A stretch of 23,496 nucleotides of DNA from Candidatus Micrarchaeota archaeon (GCA_038046605.1 JBBSVW010000004.1:1-23496), one strand, 5' to 3'. Positions 8,392-16,524 are shown, counted from the stretch's first letter. Numbers and translations are program-made. Notes: generated from the sequence alone by a model not told the origin.

Positions 8392-8916
8392 TTAGAGGAA
8401 CAATTTGCACCTTCCGCAAAACTCCGCTTTCTTCCTATCAACAAAAATGATGTTCGGGGAAAACGCCATCACGCATTTCTTGTTCCGGCAGTGCTCAATC
8501 CCCGCCATATGCCCAATTTCATGCATTGCCTCCTTGAGGATGCGCCCTGAGAATAGTTTTTCATCCGCATTCCGGCCATAGAAATGCTCGCTAAGCCTGA
8601 AATATGAAATGACCGCGTAATTCCCGCCCCGTTCCCCAAGTCCATAAACAAAATTCAGGGAATCCGCATACAGGTCGTATGGGAAAAGCGCAAGCACCAT
8701 GAATTTGCCCTCCTGCGTTTTTTGGAATTTTTCATGCAGGAAGCCAATAATGCGCTCCGCATCCCATTTTTGCTTTTGCAAATTGAAGAATTCGTGAGGG
8801 ATGCGTAGGATGGAATGATGGAGTGAGAGTTCCTTCTTGAAAATCGCATTCAGCTCCGTTTTCAAATGGCTTGATTGGGGAAAATGCGCCTCCAGCTCAA
8901 CTAGGAGTATTTTCAT
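8392..8916 (-). CDS. amzA: Archaemetzincin (peptidase M54)
   Basis: DLYADSLNFVYG, KEAMHEIGHMAGIEHC, CVM Met-turn and FCGRC Cys4 zinc site. Confidence 0.95.
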   Translation of the reverse strand: MKILLVELEAHFPQSSHLKTELNAIFKKELSLHHSILRIPHEFFNLQKQKWDAERIIGFLHEKFQKTQEGKFMVLALFPYDLYADSLNFVYGLGERGGNYAVISYFRLSEHFYGRNADEKLFSGRILKEAMHEIGHMAGIEHCRNKKCVMAFSPNIIFVDRKKAEFCGRCKLFL

Positions 8917-8959
8917 GGAAAGCTTAGGCTCAAGTGGTTAATAAAATAATTGGAAAAAA

Positions 8960-9142
8960 TCAGATCACGAGCATCAATATGCCTATTAGCGCCATGAATA
9001 GCCCAAATAGGATGAACCCGCCCTGCACTATTGCAATTACCATCGCCCAAATGCCTGCGCTTTGGAACCAAAAATACCAGCTTCCAGCTACGACAAGAAG
9101 TCCAATTAGGAGTGATATTATCCCCGGCTTACTAATTGCCAT
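8960..9142 (-). CDS. Small two-TM membrane protein
   Basis: 60 aa, almost entirely hydrophobic, 9 bp downstream of the half-TBP gene. Confidence 0.75.
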   Translation of the reverse strand: MAISKPGIISLLIGLLVVAGSWYFWFQSAGIWAMVIAIVQGGFILFGLFMALIGILMLVI

Positions 9143-9151
9143 ATCGATCGC

Positions 9152-9448
9152 CTAGTTTATGAAATCCTCCAAAAGTTCAACGGCCCTTTTAATGCTCTGC
9201 TCGATTTGCTTTTCACTCTTCGCCCCGGAGCATATGACCTTCCCGTTCTTGAACAAAAGAAGGGTTGTGCCAATCTCCTTTAGGCGCATGATGGCCCCCG
9301 GGAACTGCTCAGGCTCGTATTCGACGTTGTCGACTTCCATTGCAATATTGAAAAGGTCCAATTCGACCTCCAAATTGGCTGAAGCCACGATGTTTTCGAC
9401 CTTAAAGCCCATGTTAATTTTATGATGCTTCTTCTTTGCCTTCTTCAT
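9152..9448 (-). CDS. Single-repeat (half) TATA-box-binding protein, 98 aa
   Basis: One full TBP repeat: KVENIVAS, YEPEQFPG, LLLFKNGKVICSGAKS; no second repeat on either side. Confidence 0.9.
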   Translation of the reverse strand: MKKAKKKHHKINMGFKVENIVASANLEVELDLFNIAMEVDNVEYEPEQFPGAIMRLKEIGTTLLLFKNGKVICSGAKSEKQIEQSIKRAVELLEDFIN

Positions 9449-9476
9449 TATTGTTTCGCCCCTTGCCTTTTACCGG

Positions 9477-9508
9477 CTTTATAAATTTAACGATTTCCCT
9501 TTATAAAT
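9477..9508 (-). promoter_or_regulatory. Tandem palindromic TATA boxes upstream of the half-TBP gene
   Basis: CTTTATAAAT at 9477-9486 and 9499-9508, 22-bp period; core TTTATAAA is self-complementary. Confidence 0.65.
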
Positions 9509-9565
9509 AAGCGTCTTGGGGGCACCTTAGGTTCCCCCGCTACCCTTGGAAGCATCCCCCTCCTA
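9509..9565 (+). repeat. Intergenic repeat, copy 1
   Basis: AAGCGTCTTGGGGG (14/14) and CCGCTACCCTTGGAAGCAWCCCCCTCCTA (28/29) shared with 10431-10484. Confidence 0.9.
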
Positions 9566-9701
9566 TTTTTGGCTGCGAATCAAAAAAGTCCCCGTCCTGT
9601 TGTTGCCCACTGCCCCCCTATTTAGCTCGCGAATCAATTGTTGCTAGCGCTAATACTTCTTTTGTTTTTTCCTCCGTTTCTACCCTCTAATTTGTCCCTA
9701 A

Positions 9702-9977
9702 TCAGCCAGCCATCAGGAAAATGAGCCCGAAAACGAACACGAAGGTGAAAAACCAGCCAAAACGATACCAGTTCTCCCTAAGCAGTATTACGATGATCGA
9801 AAGCCCAATTACGGTATCAAGGCCCATGAGCCCCGGAATCCACTGCCTTAGGGGCATTAGCATGGTCCCATACGAAATCCCAAGATGCAAGTTGATAATG
9901 ATGAGTGCAACTACGCCTATCATGAATACTGATACCCAATCTATGCCAAAATCAACGCCTACCGGTCCCATGCTCAT
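9702..9977 (-). CDS. Small multi-pass membrane protein
   Basis: 91 aa, about three hydrophobic segments, 3 bp downstream of the next gene. Confidence 0.75.
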   Translation of the reverse strand: MSMGPVGVDFGIDWVSVFMIGVVALIIINLHLGISYGTMLMPLRQWIPGLMGLDTVIGLSIIVILLRENWYRFGWFFTFVFVFGLIFLMAG

Positions 9978-9980
9978 GTT

Positions 9981-10241
9981 TTATGACACCCCCGCCCTAA
10001 GGGATAGGAAAAGAATTACGCTTGCGATGAAGGTTATGATTGAACCTGGCAAATACTTGACGAAAAATGCCGGCGCCAGCAATAGTATTCCATAAACAAT
10101 CAACGGACGCGGCTGGGAAAAGAAGCCAACTATGGCATCCGAAGCCCCAAGCCCCGTCGAATAGCCAAAAACGGTTACGAATAACCATGCAATGAGCAAA
10201 ATTGAGCCAATCCAAATCATCGGTTCCGGGTCGCCGTGCAT
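9981..10241 (-). CDS. Small multi-pass membrane protein
   Basis: 86 aa, about three hydrophobic segments; GTGAT SD-like motif and TATATATA box upstream (~10283-10291). Confidence 0.75.
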   Translation of the reverse strand: MHGDPEPMIWIGSILLIAWLFVTVFGYSTGLGASDAIVGFFSQPRPLIVYGILLLAPAFFVKYLPGSIITFIASVILFLSLRAGVS

Positions 10242-10430
10242 AAGATCACATCAATGAAAGCACTACTATTTAGTAGTTACATGTATATATACTTTTTGGG
10301 CAATTCTGGCTCTATTTAAGTATAAAAAGTGCATCACGTGTTGCAGTGATAGGTGCAATCAGGTTTTGCTGCTAAATATGGGATATGGCAAGTTAGTCTA
10401 TCTAATTCAAGTAAATAGGGGGGAGGCGGC

Positions 10431-10484
10431 AAGCGTCTTGGGGGAGAGGACTCCTCCGCTACCCTTGGAAGCAACCCCCTCCTA
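10431..10484 (+). repeat. Intergenic repeat, copy 2
   Basis: Direct repeat of 9509-9565 with a different central hairpin. Confidence 0.9.
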
Positions 10485-10513
10485 ATTCGCAAATCTAACT
10501 AAGGGGGTAGAGG

Positions 10514-10574
10514 CAACCCGCGTAGGGGGATTATCCCCCTAGAGGGGTTGGGGGCTTAGCCCCCATGGGGTGTC
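10514..10574 (+). repeat. GC-rich palindromic (REP-like) cluster
   Basis: CAACCC..TAGGGGGA-TTA-TCCCCCTA..GGGTTG and GGGGGC-TTA-GCCCCC; 10549-10574 matches the reverse complement of 17745-17770 at 25/26. Confidence 0.85.
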
Positions 10575-10575
10575 G

Positions 10576-10591
10576 GAGAAACCTTTATATT
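10576..10591 (+). promoter_or_regulatory. Putative BRE/TATA for the rpl21e operon
   Basis: GAGAAACCTTTATAT fits the archaeal BRE plus TATA consensus. Confidence 0.6.
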
Positions 10592-10701
10592 GTTTGCAAG
10601 CAAAAAACAAATAAGCTAAGTTTACAAGAAGCTGCTAGCGGCGGGTCGGATTATTTTGGTTCATCAACCAATAGCATCAATATTATTACGGGGATGATTG
10701 C

Positions 10702-10977
10702 ATGAAACGGTCGCATGGCAAATATGCCGGGAAGAGCAGGAACCTGAAAAGCAAGGGCAGGGTTGCAATCACATCCCAATTGCGCACATTCACACCCGGT
10801 GAAAAGGTCCGCATAGATATAAACCCAAGGTTCGCCTCGGGCCTTCCGCACCTTAGATTCAACAAGCGCGCTGGGCAAGTTGTTGGCATGCAAGGCCACG
10901 CGGTAGTGATTAAATTCAACGACATAAACAAGGAAAAAATCCTTGTCATTTCAGGCGCGCACCTTGTAAAAACCTAG
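10702..10977 (+). CDS. rpl21e: 50S ribosomal protein L21e
   Basis: MKRSHG, GEKVRIDINP, GLPHLRFN, AHL motifs; conserved synteny with rpoF and DUF655. Confidence 0.95.
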   Translation: MKRSHGKYAGKSRNLKSKGRVAITSQLRTFTPGEKVRIDINPRFASGLPHLRFNKRAGQVVGMQGHAVVIKFNDINKEKILVISGAHLVKT

Positions 10978-11002
10978 CTCAAAATATTATTTGGTGATAT
11001 TC

Positions 11003-11332
11003 ATGAAAGTCATTGAGGAAAAGCCGATTTCTTACGCCCACGCACGCGATCTTCTTGCCAAGCGCAAAAAGGATTCCGAGCTTGGCTATGAGCAGCAAAA
11101 CACCCTTGACCATCTTGAAAAGTTCGCAAAGCTAACGGAGGCGGAAAGCGAAAAGCTTGCAAAGGAATTGGCCGAACTCAACATCCTTTCCGATAAGCAG
11201 GTAATGGAGCTGGTAAACAACCTTCCCTCCAAGGAGGACCTTGTCAAGACCATCCTCTCAAAGGAAAAGCTCGAATTCAATGCCGAGCAAATCAAGGAAA
11301 TCACCAAGATAGTGAAGAAATTCGCAAAATGA
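11003..11332 (+). CDS. rpoF: RNA polymerase subunit Rpo4 (F)
   Basis: ELGYEQQNTLDHLEKFAKL, ELVNNLP motifs; GGTGA SD at 10993-10997; synteny. Confidence 0.93.
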   Translation: MKVIEEKPISYAHARDLLAKRKKDSELGYEQQNTLDHLEKFAKLTEAESEKLAKELAELNILSDKQVMELVNNLPSKEDLVKTILSKEKLEFNAEQIKEITKIVKKFAK

Positions 11333-11497
11333 GCAAACTGCTTTTTATTCTTTGTTGAATTTTAGATATTATCGGCACGTTTAGGCTGGCTGCAATTTGT
11401 TTATTCGTTTTGCATAACCATGCATTCCCATAATTCATTTTTGATTCATGATTTTTTGGTTCGATAATTTGGCAGTTCAATAATTTCGTGGTTCAAC

Positions 11498-12175
11498 ATG
11501 TTTCGCAAGGAAGAGCACGCACTTGTTTTGGATTACCTGCCCCACGGGAAGGCGGGCGAGGGCAAGCAAGAGCCAACCGCGCAGGTCATGGGTGATGCCT
11601 ACTTCACCCTTCTTGAAGTTGTGCTAAAACCCGGCATAGCAGTTGCCCCTTTCGAGCGCGTTTACATCGGAAGGGAAGTGCGCGACAAGGTCGAGCGCAT
11701 CAAGCTTCGCCTGACCTACAAGGACCTAACCAATGTCGCCCAGCAGGAGGCGGAATTGGCAATTAGAAAAATCCTCCAAGCCCACGAGCAGGAATTCATC
11801 GGCTTCCTCAACCGTGCCGGCAGCATAAATATCCGCATCCATTCCCTTGAGCTTTTGCCGGGCCTGGGCAAGAAGAATCTTGAGGCGTTCCTATCGGAGC
11901 GCGAAAAAGTGCCCTTCAAGGGCTATGAGGACCTCAACGACCGCCTTCCGCACCTCCAGAAAATCGAGGAAATTATCCTGCACCGCGTCATACTGGAATT
12001 AAAGGCGGAGGAAAAATACTATTTGTTCGTGAAGATCCCCCCCCGCGATGAAGAGGAAGGGGAATTCCACCGCGAAGGAGGGCGGGGAGGTTTCCACCAC
12101 TCCGGCGCAAGGGACTACCCAAGCGGCCGGGATGGCTACTACGGAAGGCGCGATTATAACGATCGGCGCTACTAG
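11498..12175 (+). CDS. DUF655 family putative nucleic-acid-binding protein with a low-complexity C-terminal tail
   Basis: EEHALVLDYLPHG, FTLLE, RVYIG, RIHSLELLPGLGKK, KYYLFV; synteny with rpl21e-rpoF. Confidence 0.92.
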   Translation: MFRKEEHALVLDYLPHGKAGEGKQEPTAQVMGDAYFTLLEVVLKPGIAVAPFERVYIGREVRDKVERIKLRLTYKDLTNVAQQEAELAIRKILQAHEQEFIGFLNRAGSINIRIHSLELLPGLGKKNLEAFLSEREKVPFKGYEDLNDRLPHLQKIEEIILHRVILELKAEEKYYLFVKIPPRDEEEGEFHREGGRGGFHHSGARDYPSGRDGYYGRRDYNDRRY

Positions 12176-12325
12176 GCAAATTTTTTCGGATGCTGGCGAT
12201 CTATTTTTGCCAACCCTAGTAATTCCAGTCCCAAGCCCCCTGCCCCTTATCAAACGCTTTTTCAATTCCATTCGTTTAAATTGGTTGCGTGCTTTACGCT
12301 TCTGCAAATGCGGGGCTAAACCAAT

Positions 12326-13831
12326 ATGACGCAGCTTAAGGCTAAAATTTTCGAGGTCGAACAGGGCCAAAATGAATGCGTGCTCAACAACCTTACTGCA
12401 GCCTCCCTTGGCCTATCCATATATGATCGCGTCCATCTGACCCTTCGGGGAAGGCAAATTGTTGCAATAGTTGATTTCTCCCACCACTTTATTGCGGAAG
12501 GTGAAATTGGCCTATTCGAGGAGGTCGCAAAATTGCTTGATGCAAAACAGGGCGAACTCATATCAATTGAATCCCTCCAGCGGCCGCTTTCCCTGGATTA
12601 CATCAAGAAAAAACTCGACAACAAGATGCTCTCCCAAAAGGAGATCCATTCAATCATTTCCGACCTCATGGCTGAAAACCTCTCCTCAACCGAGCTTGCC
12701 GCATTCATAACCGCAATTTACATAAACGGCCTATCCATGGACGAAACCATTGCGCTTACAAATGCCATTGCGCAGTCCGGCGACATGCTTAAAGTCGACC
12801 ACACAATTGTTGTTTCCGAGCACTCAATTGGCGGGGTTGCCGGCGATAGGGTTTCCATGATGCTTGTCCCCCTCATTGCCTCCCTAGGTATACGCATCCC
12901 CAAAACAGCTGCGCGCGCAATCTCTAGCGCTTCAGGCACGTCGGATTCCATGGAAGTGCTCTGCCCCGTTACCCTAACCGTTCCCCAAATCGAAGCCGTT
13001 GTGCAAAAAACAAACGGCTGCCTTGTTTGGGGCGGGGCCGTTAGGCTCGCATCCGCCGATGACAAGCTAATCCGCATAAGAAATCCCCTCCATCTCGATC
13101 CCAAATCCCTCCTGCTCTCTTCCATTCTGGCAAAGAAAAAAGCCGAAGGCGCGCAGTATGTGCTAATAGATATTCCCGTAGGCAGGGGCGCAAAAATCGA
13201 AAGGATCGATGAGGCCAAATCGCTTGCGCGGGATTTTGAATCCCTTGGCATGTCCCTTGGGATGACAATCAAATGCCTGATTTCCGATGGCTCTTCCCCA
13301 ATCACATCCGGAATTGGCCCTGCGCTTGAGGCCCGCGAAGTGCTTGCCACATTTGAAACAAACGAGCACAACATGCTCTACGAAAAGGCATGCCAGATGC
13401 TGGGGATTGTTTTGCACATGGTCCGCGGCATCACCTACCAGGAAGGCTACAACATCGCCGTTGCGCAGATGCAAAGCGGAAAAGCGCTCCAAAAGTTCCG
13501 TGAGATAATTGGCGCGCAGGGCGGCAATCCCAACATCAAATCCTCCGAAATTGAGATAGGCAAGCTTCGCGCCAAAATTTTCTCCGATGAGCGCGGAAAG
13601 ATCTCCCACATGGATAACAAGGCAATTTCCCGGATCTGCAGGATGCTTGGAGCGCCCTCGGACAAGAAGGCGGGCATGATCCTAAAGGTCCACAAGGGGC
13701 AATCCGTCGAAGTGGGCGATGAACTGGCGGAACTTGTTGCAACCTCGCAAACCAAGCTTGATTTTGTGCTTGCAAACGTCCCCAAAACGCGCATCTTTGA
13801 GCTTGAAAAAATAATAATTGATTTGGTGTAA
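12326..13831 (+). CDS. AMP phosphorylase (thymidine phosphorylase family, archaeal type)
   Basis: N-terminal extra domain, HSIGGVAG, SGTSDSMEVL, GCLVWGGA, SILAKKKA, IDIPVGRGAK, GIGPALEAR. Confidence 0.93.
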   Translation: MTQLKAKIFEVEQGQNECVLNNLTAASLGLSIYDRVHLTLRGRQIVAIVDFSHHFIAEGEIGLFEEVAKLLDAKQGELISIESLQRPLSLDYIKKKLDNKMLSQKEIHSIISDLMAENLSSTELAAFITAIYINGLSMDETIALTNAIAQSGDMLKVDHTIVVSEHSIGGVAGDRVSMMLVPLIASLGIRIPKTAARAISSASGTSDSMEVLCPVTLTVPQIEAVVQKTNGCLVWGGAVRLASADDKLIRIRNPLHLDPKSLLLSSILAKKKAEGAQYVLIDIPVGRGAKIERIDEAKSLARDFESLGMSLGMTIKCLISDGSSPITSGIGPALEAREVLATFETNEHNMLYEKACQMLGIVLHMVRGITYQEGYNIAVAQMQSGKALQKFREIIGAQGGNPNIKSSEIEIGKLRAKIFSDERGKISHMDNKAISRICRMLGAPSDKKAGMILKVHKGQSVEVGDELAELVATSQTKLDFVLANVPKTRIFELEKIIIDLV

Positions 13832-13973
13832 AATAATCAAATATTTGCTTGAAGTTTTTTAAAAAATGATGGCAGGATCACGGATTTATTTATGATTGTT
13901 CTTTCGTTCAAATAATTCATTGATTTGGCAATTGCCGATAAGCTTTTTTATTCCAGTTTGTAATGTGGTAAAA

Positions 13974-14606
13974 ATGCGTATAGCGTCGCCGCAGGAAGCG
14001 CAGGGCTTAATGGATAAGTACCAAATCCCCTATGCAAAAAGCTGCCGCGGCAAAACCTTCATCGAGCTCCAACGGGGCGCATTTGAGCTCAAAAAGCCCC
14101 TTGTATTAAAGCTCATGAGCAAGGATGCCATCCACAAAACCGATAAGGGGCTGGTTCGCCTAAACATCCATGACATGAAGGAGCTCCGGGAGCAATTTGA
14201 GGAGCTTAACACCCTTGCGCAAGGCCTTCGCATAGATGAATACCTCCTTCAAGAGCAGTGCGAGGGCGTTGAATTCATAATCGGAGGCAAGGACGATCCC
14301 AGCTTTGGGCGCGTCATGGTATTCGGGCTAGGTGGCATCTTTGTCGAGCTATTAAAGGAGCGGGCCCTTCGGGTGCTTCCCATCTCCTCGCAGGAAATAG
14401 AAAAAATGATCCTGGAAACCAAGGCCGGTGCCTTCATCAGGGGCTATAGGGGCAGAAGGGTTTCCAAGGACAAGCTTGCCGAATTAATCTATAAGGCATC
14501 CGAACTTATACAAAACGAGGACATACTGGAACTTGATTTCAACCCGGTGATTGCCCTTGGGGAGGAGATTTCGGTTGTCGATGCAAGGATTGTTTTTAGG
14601 GAATAA
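13974..14606 (+). CDS. acdB: ADP-forming acetate/acyl-CoA ligase beta subunit (ATP-grasp)
   Basis: PLVLK, HKTDKGLV, GVEFIIG, DPSFG, FGLGGIFVE, ELDFNP, VVDAR; start chosen at ATG 13974. Confidence 0.92.
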   Translation: MRIASPQEAQGLMDKYQIPYAKSCRGKTFIELQRGAFELKKPLVLKLMSKDAIHKTDKGLVRLNIHDMKELREQFEELNTLAQGLRIDEYLLQEQCEGVEFIIGGKDDPSFGRVMVFGLGGIFVELLKERALRVLPISSQEIEKMILETKAGAFIRGYRGRRVSKDKLAELIYKASELIQNEDILELDFNPVIALGEEISVVDARIVFRE

Positions 14607-14708
14607 TAAAAATGGATTAATGGAATAAAATTGATGGTTGGGTTAAGCGCTTGTTGGCATATCCCCGCTTCATTCCCTCTATCCGAAAAGTTATTTGCGG
14701 TAATTTTT

Positions 14709-16109
14709 ATGGACGATTCGACAAGAATTGGCATGAAGGCGCTAACCGATCCCAAATGCGTTGCCGTAATTGGTGCCAGCGCAGACCCAAACAAGGTCGG
14801 TTTTGGCGTGCTAAAAAGCCTAATTGAAGGATGCGTATTCAAAAGCTACAACTGCAGCGCCTTTGCCGGCTCCGTCTATCCGGTCAATCCCAGGCAAAGT
14901 GAAATACTTGGAAGGAAATGCTACTCCCGCGTACAAGACGTTCCTGAGGCGGTTGATTTGGCGGTGATTGCCGTCCCATCCGCATCCGTAAAGCAGGTGA
15001 TTTCCGATTGCGCCGAAAAGAAAGTGAAGGCGGCGGTCATAATTTCGGCAGGTTTTGCGGAAACCGGGCCGGAAGGAAGGATTTTGCAGGATGAAATAAT
15101 TGCGCTTGCAAGGCAAAATGGGATCCGCATTCTTGGGCCAAACGTGCTTGGAATATTGCGCCCGCGCATTTCCCTCAACGCCTCCTTTGCCCTTTCCATG
15201 CCCGAAGCCGGAGGCATTGCATTCATCTCCCAAAGCGGCGCCCTAGCGGATTCCGTTGTTGACTGGGCGCTTGAGGCAAGGTATAGCTTTTCCCTCCTTG
15301 TCAGTTTGGGCAATTCTGCCGACCTTGATGTTTCCGATTTCCTTGAGTTCTGCCTCGAGGATCCAAATACCCGTGCAATCACGCTTTACCTCGAAGGCAT
15401 ACGCGATGGCAGGAAATTCCTCAAAGTTGCAAGCGCCGTCACAAAAATCAAGCCCATAATCCTCCTAAAGGGCGGGAAAAGCGCCAGAGGCGAAAAGGCA
15501 ATTGCCTCCCATACTGGTTCGCTTGCCGGAAGCTACGCCGTCTATGAGGCGGCAATGAGGCAGGCGGGCGTATTCATGGCCGAATCCGTCGAGGATCTTT
15601 TTGATTTGGCAAAGGCCCTAAGTGAGCAGCCGCGTGTCAATGGGAAAAATGTAGCAATAGTGACAAACGGCGGGGGGGTTGGCGTCCTAACCGCGGATTA
15701 TTGCGAAATGCATGGCCTTAATGTGGTGGAGTTTAACCCACAAACCATAAGCAAGCTCGAATCCTCCGGCAAAATGCATCCTGCCTATTCGCGCGCAAAC
15801 CCCCTTGATCTGGTCGGTGATGCCCTTCCGGAGCGCTACGAGGCAGCACTTGATATTTTGTTGCAGGAAGATTCGATTGACGGAATCATTGTCGTGCAAA
15901 CACTCCAGACCATGACACGCTCAAAAGAGGATGCACAGGTTGTGATTGCAGCCCACAAGAAATTCCCCAAAAAGCCAATTGTCTGCGTCTTCATGGGCGG
16001 AAAATACTCCGCTGAAGGCGTCACGGTCCTTCGCCAAAACGGCATCCCGGATTACAACGACCCGCTCAAGGCCGTGAAAGTGATGAAAGTGCTTTGCGGG
16101 GTTGTCTAA
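14709..16109 (+). CDS. acdA: ADP-forming acetate/acyl-CoA ligase alpha subunit
   Basis: VAVIGAS, YPVNP, ISAGFAE, LGPN, SQSGA, SLGN, catalytic SHTGSLAG, TNGGG, NPLDL. Confidence 0.95.
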   Translation: MDDSTRIGMKALTDPKCVAVIGASADPNKVGFGVLKSLIEGCVFKSYNCSAFAGSVYPVNPRQSEILGRKCYSRVQDVPEAVDLAVIAVPSASVKQVISDCAEKKVKAAVIISAGFAETGPEGRILQDEIIALARQNGIRILGPNVLGILRPRISLNASFALSMPEAGGIAFISQSGALADSVVDWALEARYSFSLLVSLGNSADLDVSDFLEFCLEDPNTRAITLYLEGIRDGRKFLKVASAVTKIKPIILLKGGKSARGEKAIASHTGSLAGSYAVYEAAMRQAGVFMAESVEDLFDLAKALSEQPRVNGKNVAIVTNGGGVGVLTADYCEMHGLNVVEFNPQTISKLESSGKMHPAYSRANPLDLVGDALPERYEAALDILLQEDSIDGIIVVQTLQTMTRSKEDAQVVIAAHKKFPKKPIVCVFMGGKYSAEGVTVLRQNGIPDYNDPLKAVKVMKVLCGVV

Positions 16110-16110
16110 T

Positions 16111-16145
16111 GACCAACCCAAGGGGGAGACCCCCTTAGTTTGGTC
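16111..16145. repeat. Nested hairpin between convergent acdA and cutA (REP-like or terminator)
   Basis: GACCAA..AAGGGGG-AGA-CCCCCTT..TTGGTC. Confidence 0.6.
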
Positions 16146-16185
16146 GGATGCCCAAACCCCCCGCTGCAGAAAAAAAGAATCCGGT

Positions 16186-16524
16186 TTATCCATAGCCCGC
16201 AAATCTCAATTTTACGCTCTCGCGCACCCACTTTTCATACTCCTTGCCCGCATGCTCAATTGGCAGGGCGATAATTGCCGGCATCTCGTATCCTGAAAGC
16301 TGCCGGATCTTTCTCTCCAAATCCAGGAAGGCGCCATCCGTTGTCTTGAATGAGATTTCCCATTCGCCATGGTTTTCCATTTTTCCCTCCCATGAGTAGA
16401 AGGAATCCACCTTATGGACATTCGCGCATGCCGCAAGACCCTCCTTAACCGCTTCTTTTGCGATTTTCTTCGCCTCCTTTAGCGTTTTGCAAGTCGCATG
16501 CACTGAAATTATTTTGGTTGCCAT
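16186..16524 (-). CDS. cutA: Divalent-cation tolerance protein CutA
   Basis: LAACAN, SFYSWEGK, KTT, YEMPAII, YEKWV. Confidence 0.95.
   Translation of the reverse strand: MATKIISVHATCKTLKEAKKIAKEAVKEGLAACANVHKVDSFYSWEGKMENHGEWEISFKTTDGAFLDLERKIRQLSGYEMPAIIALPIEHAGKEYEKWVRESVKLRFAGYG

Noticed and set aside
8917-9700. Frameshifted or split full-length TBP
   Set aside because: No second TBP repeat recognisable on either side; the flanks hold a membrane gene and promoter/repeat DNA
9509-10574. Possible CRISPR array
   Set aside because: Only two copies ~920 bp apart, no regular spacers, no cas genes
10416-10574. Possible SRP RNA, RNase P RNA or 5S rRNA
   Set aside because: GC-rich and structured, but I could not find their conserved motifs, and the pieces recur elsewhere as repeats
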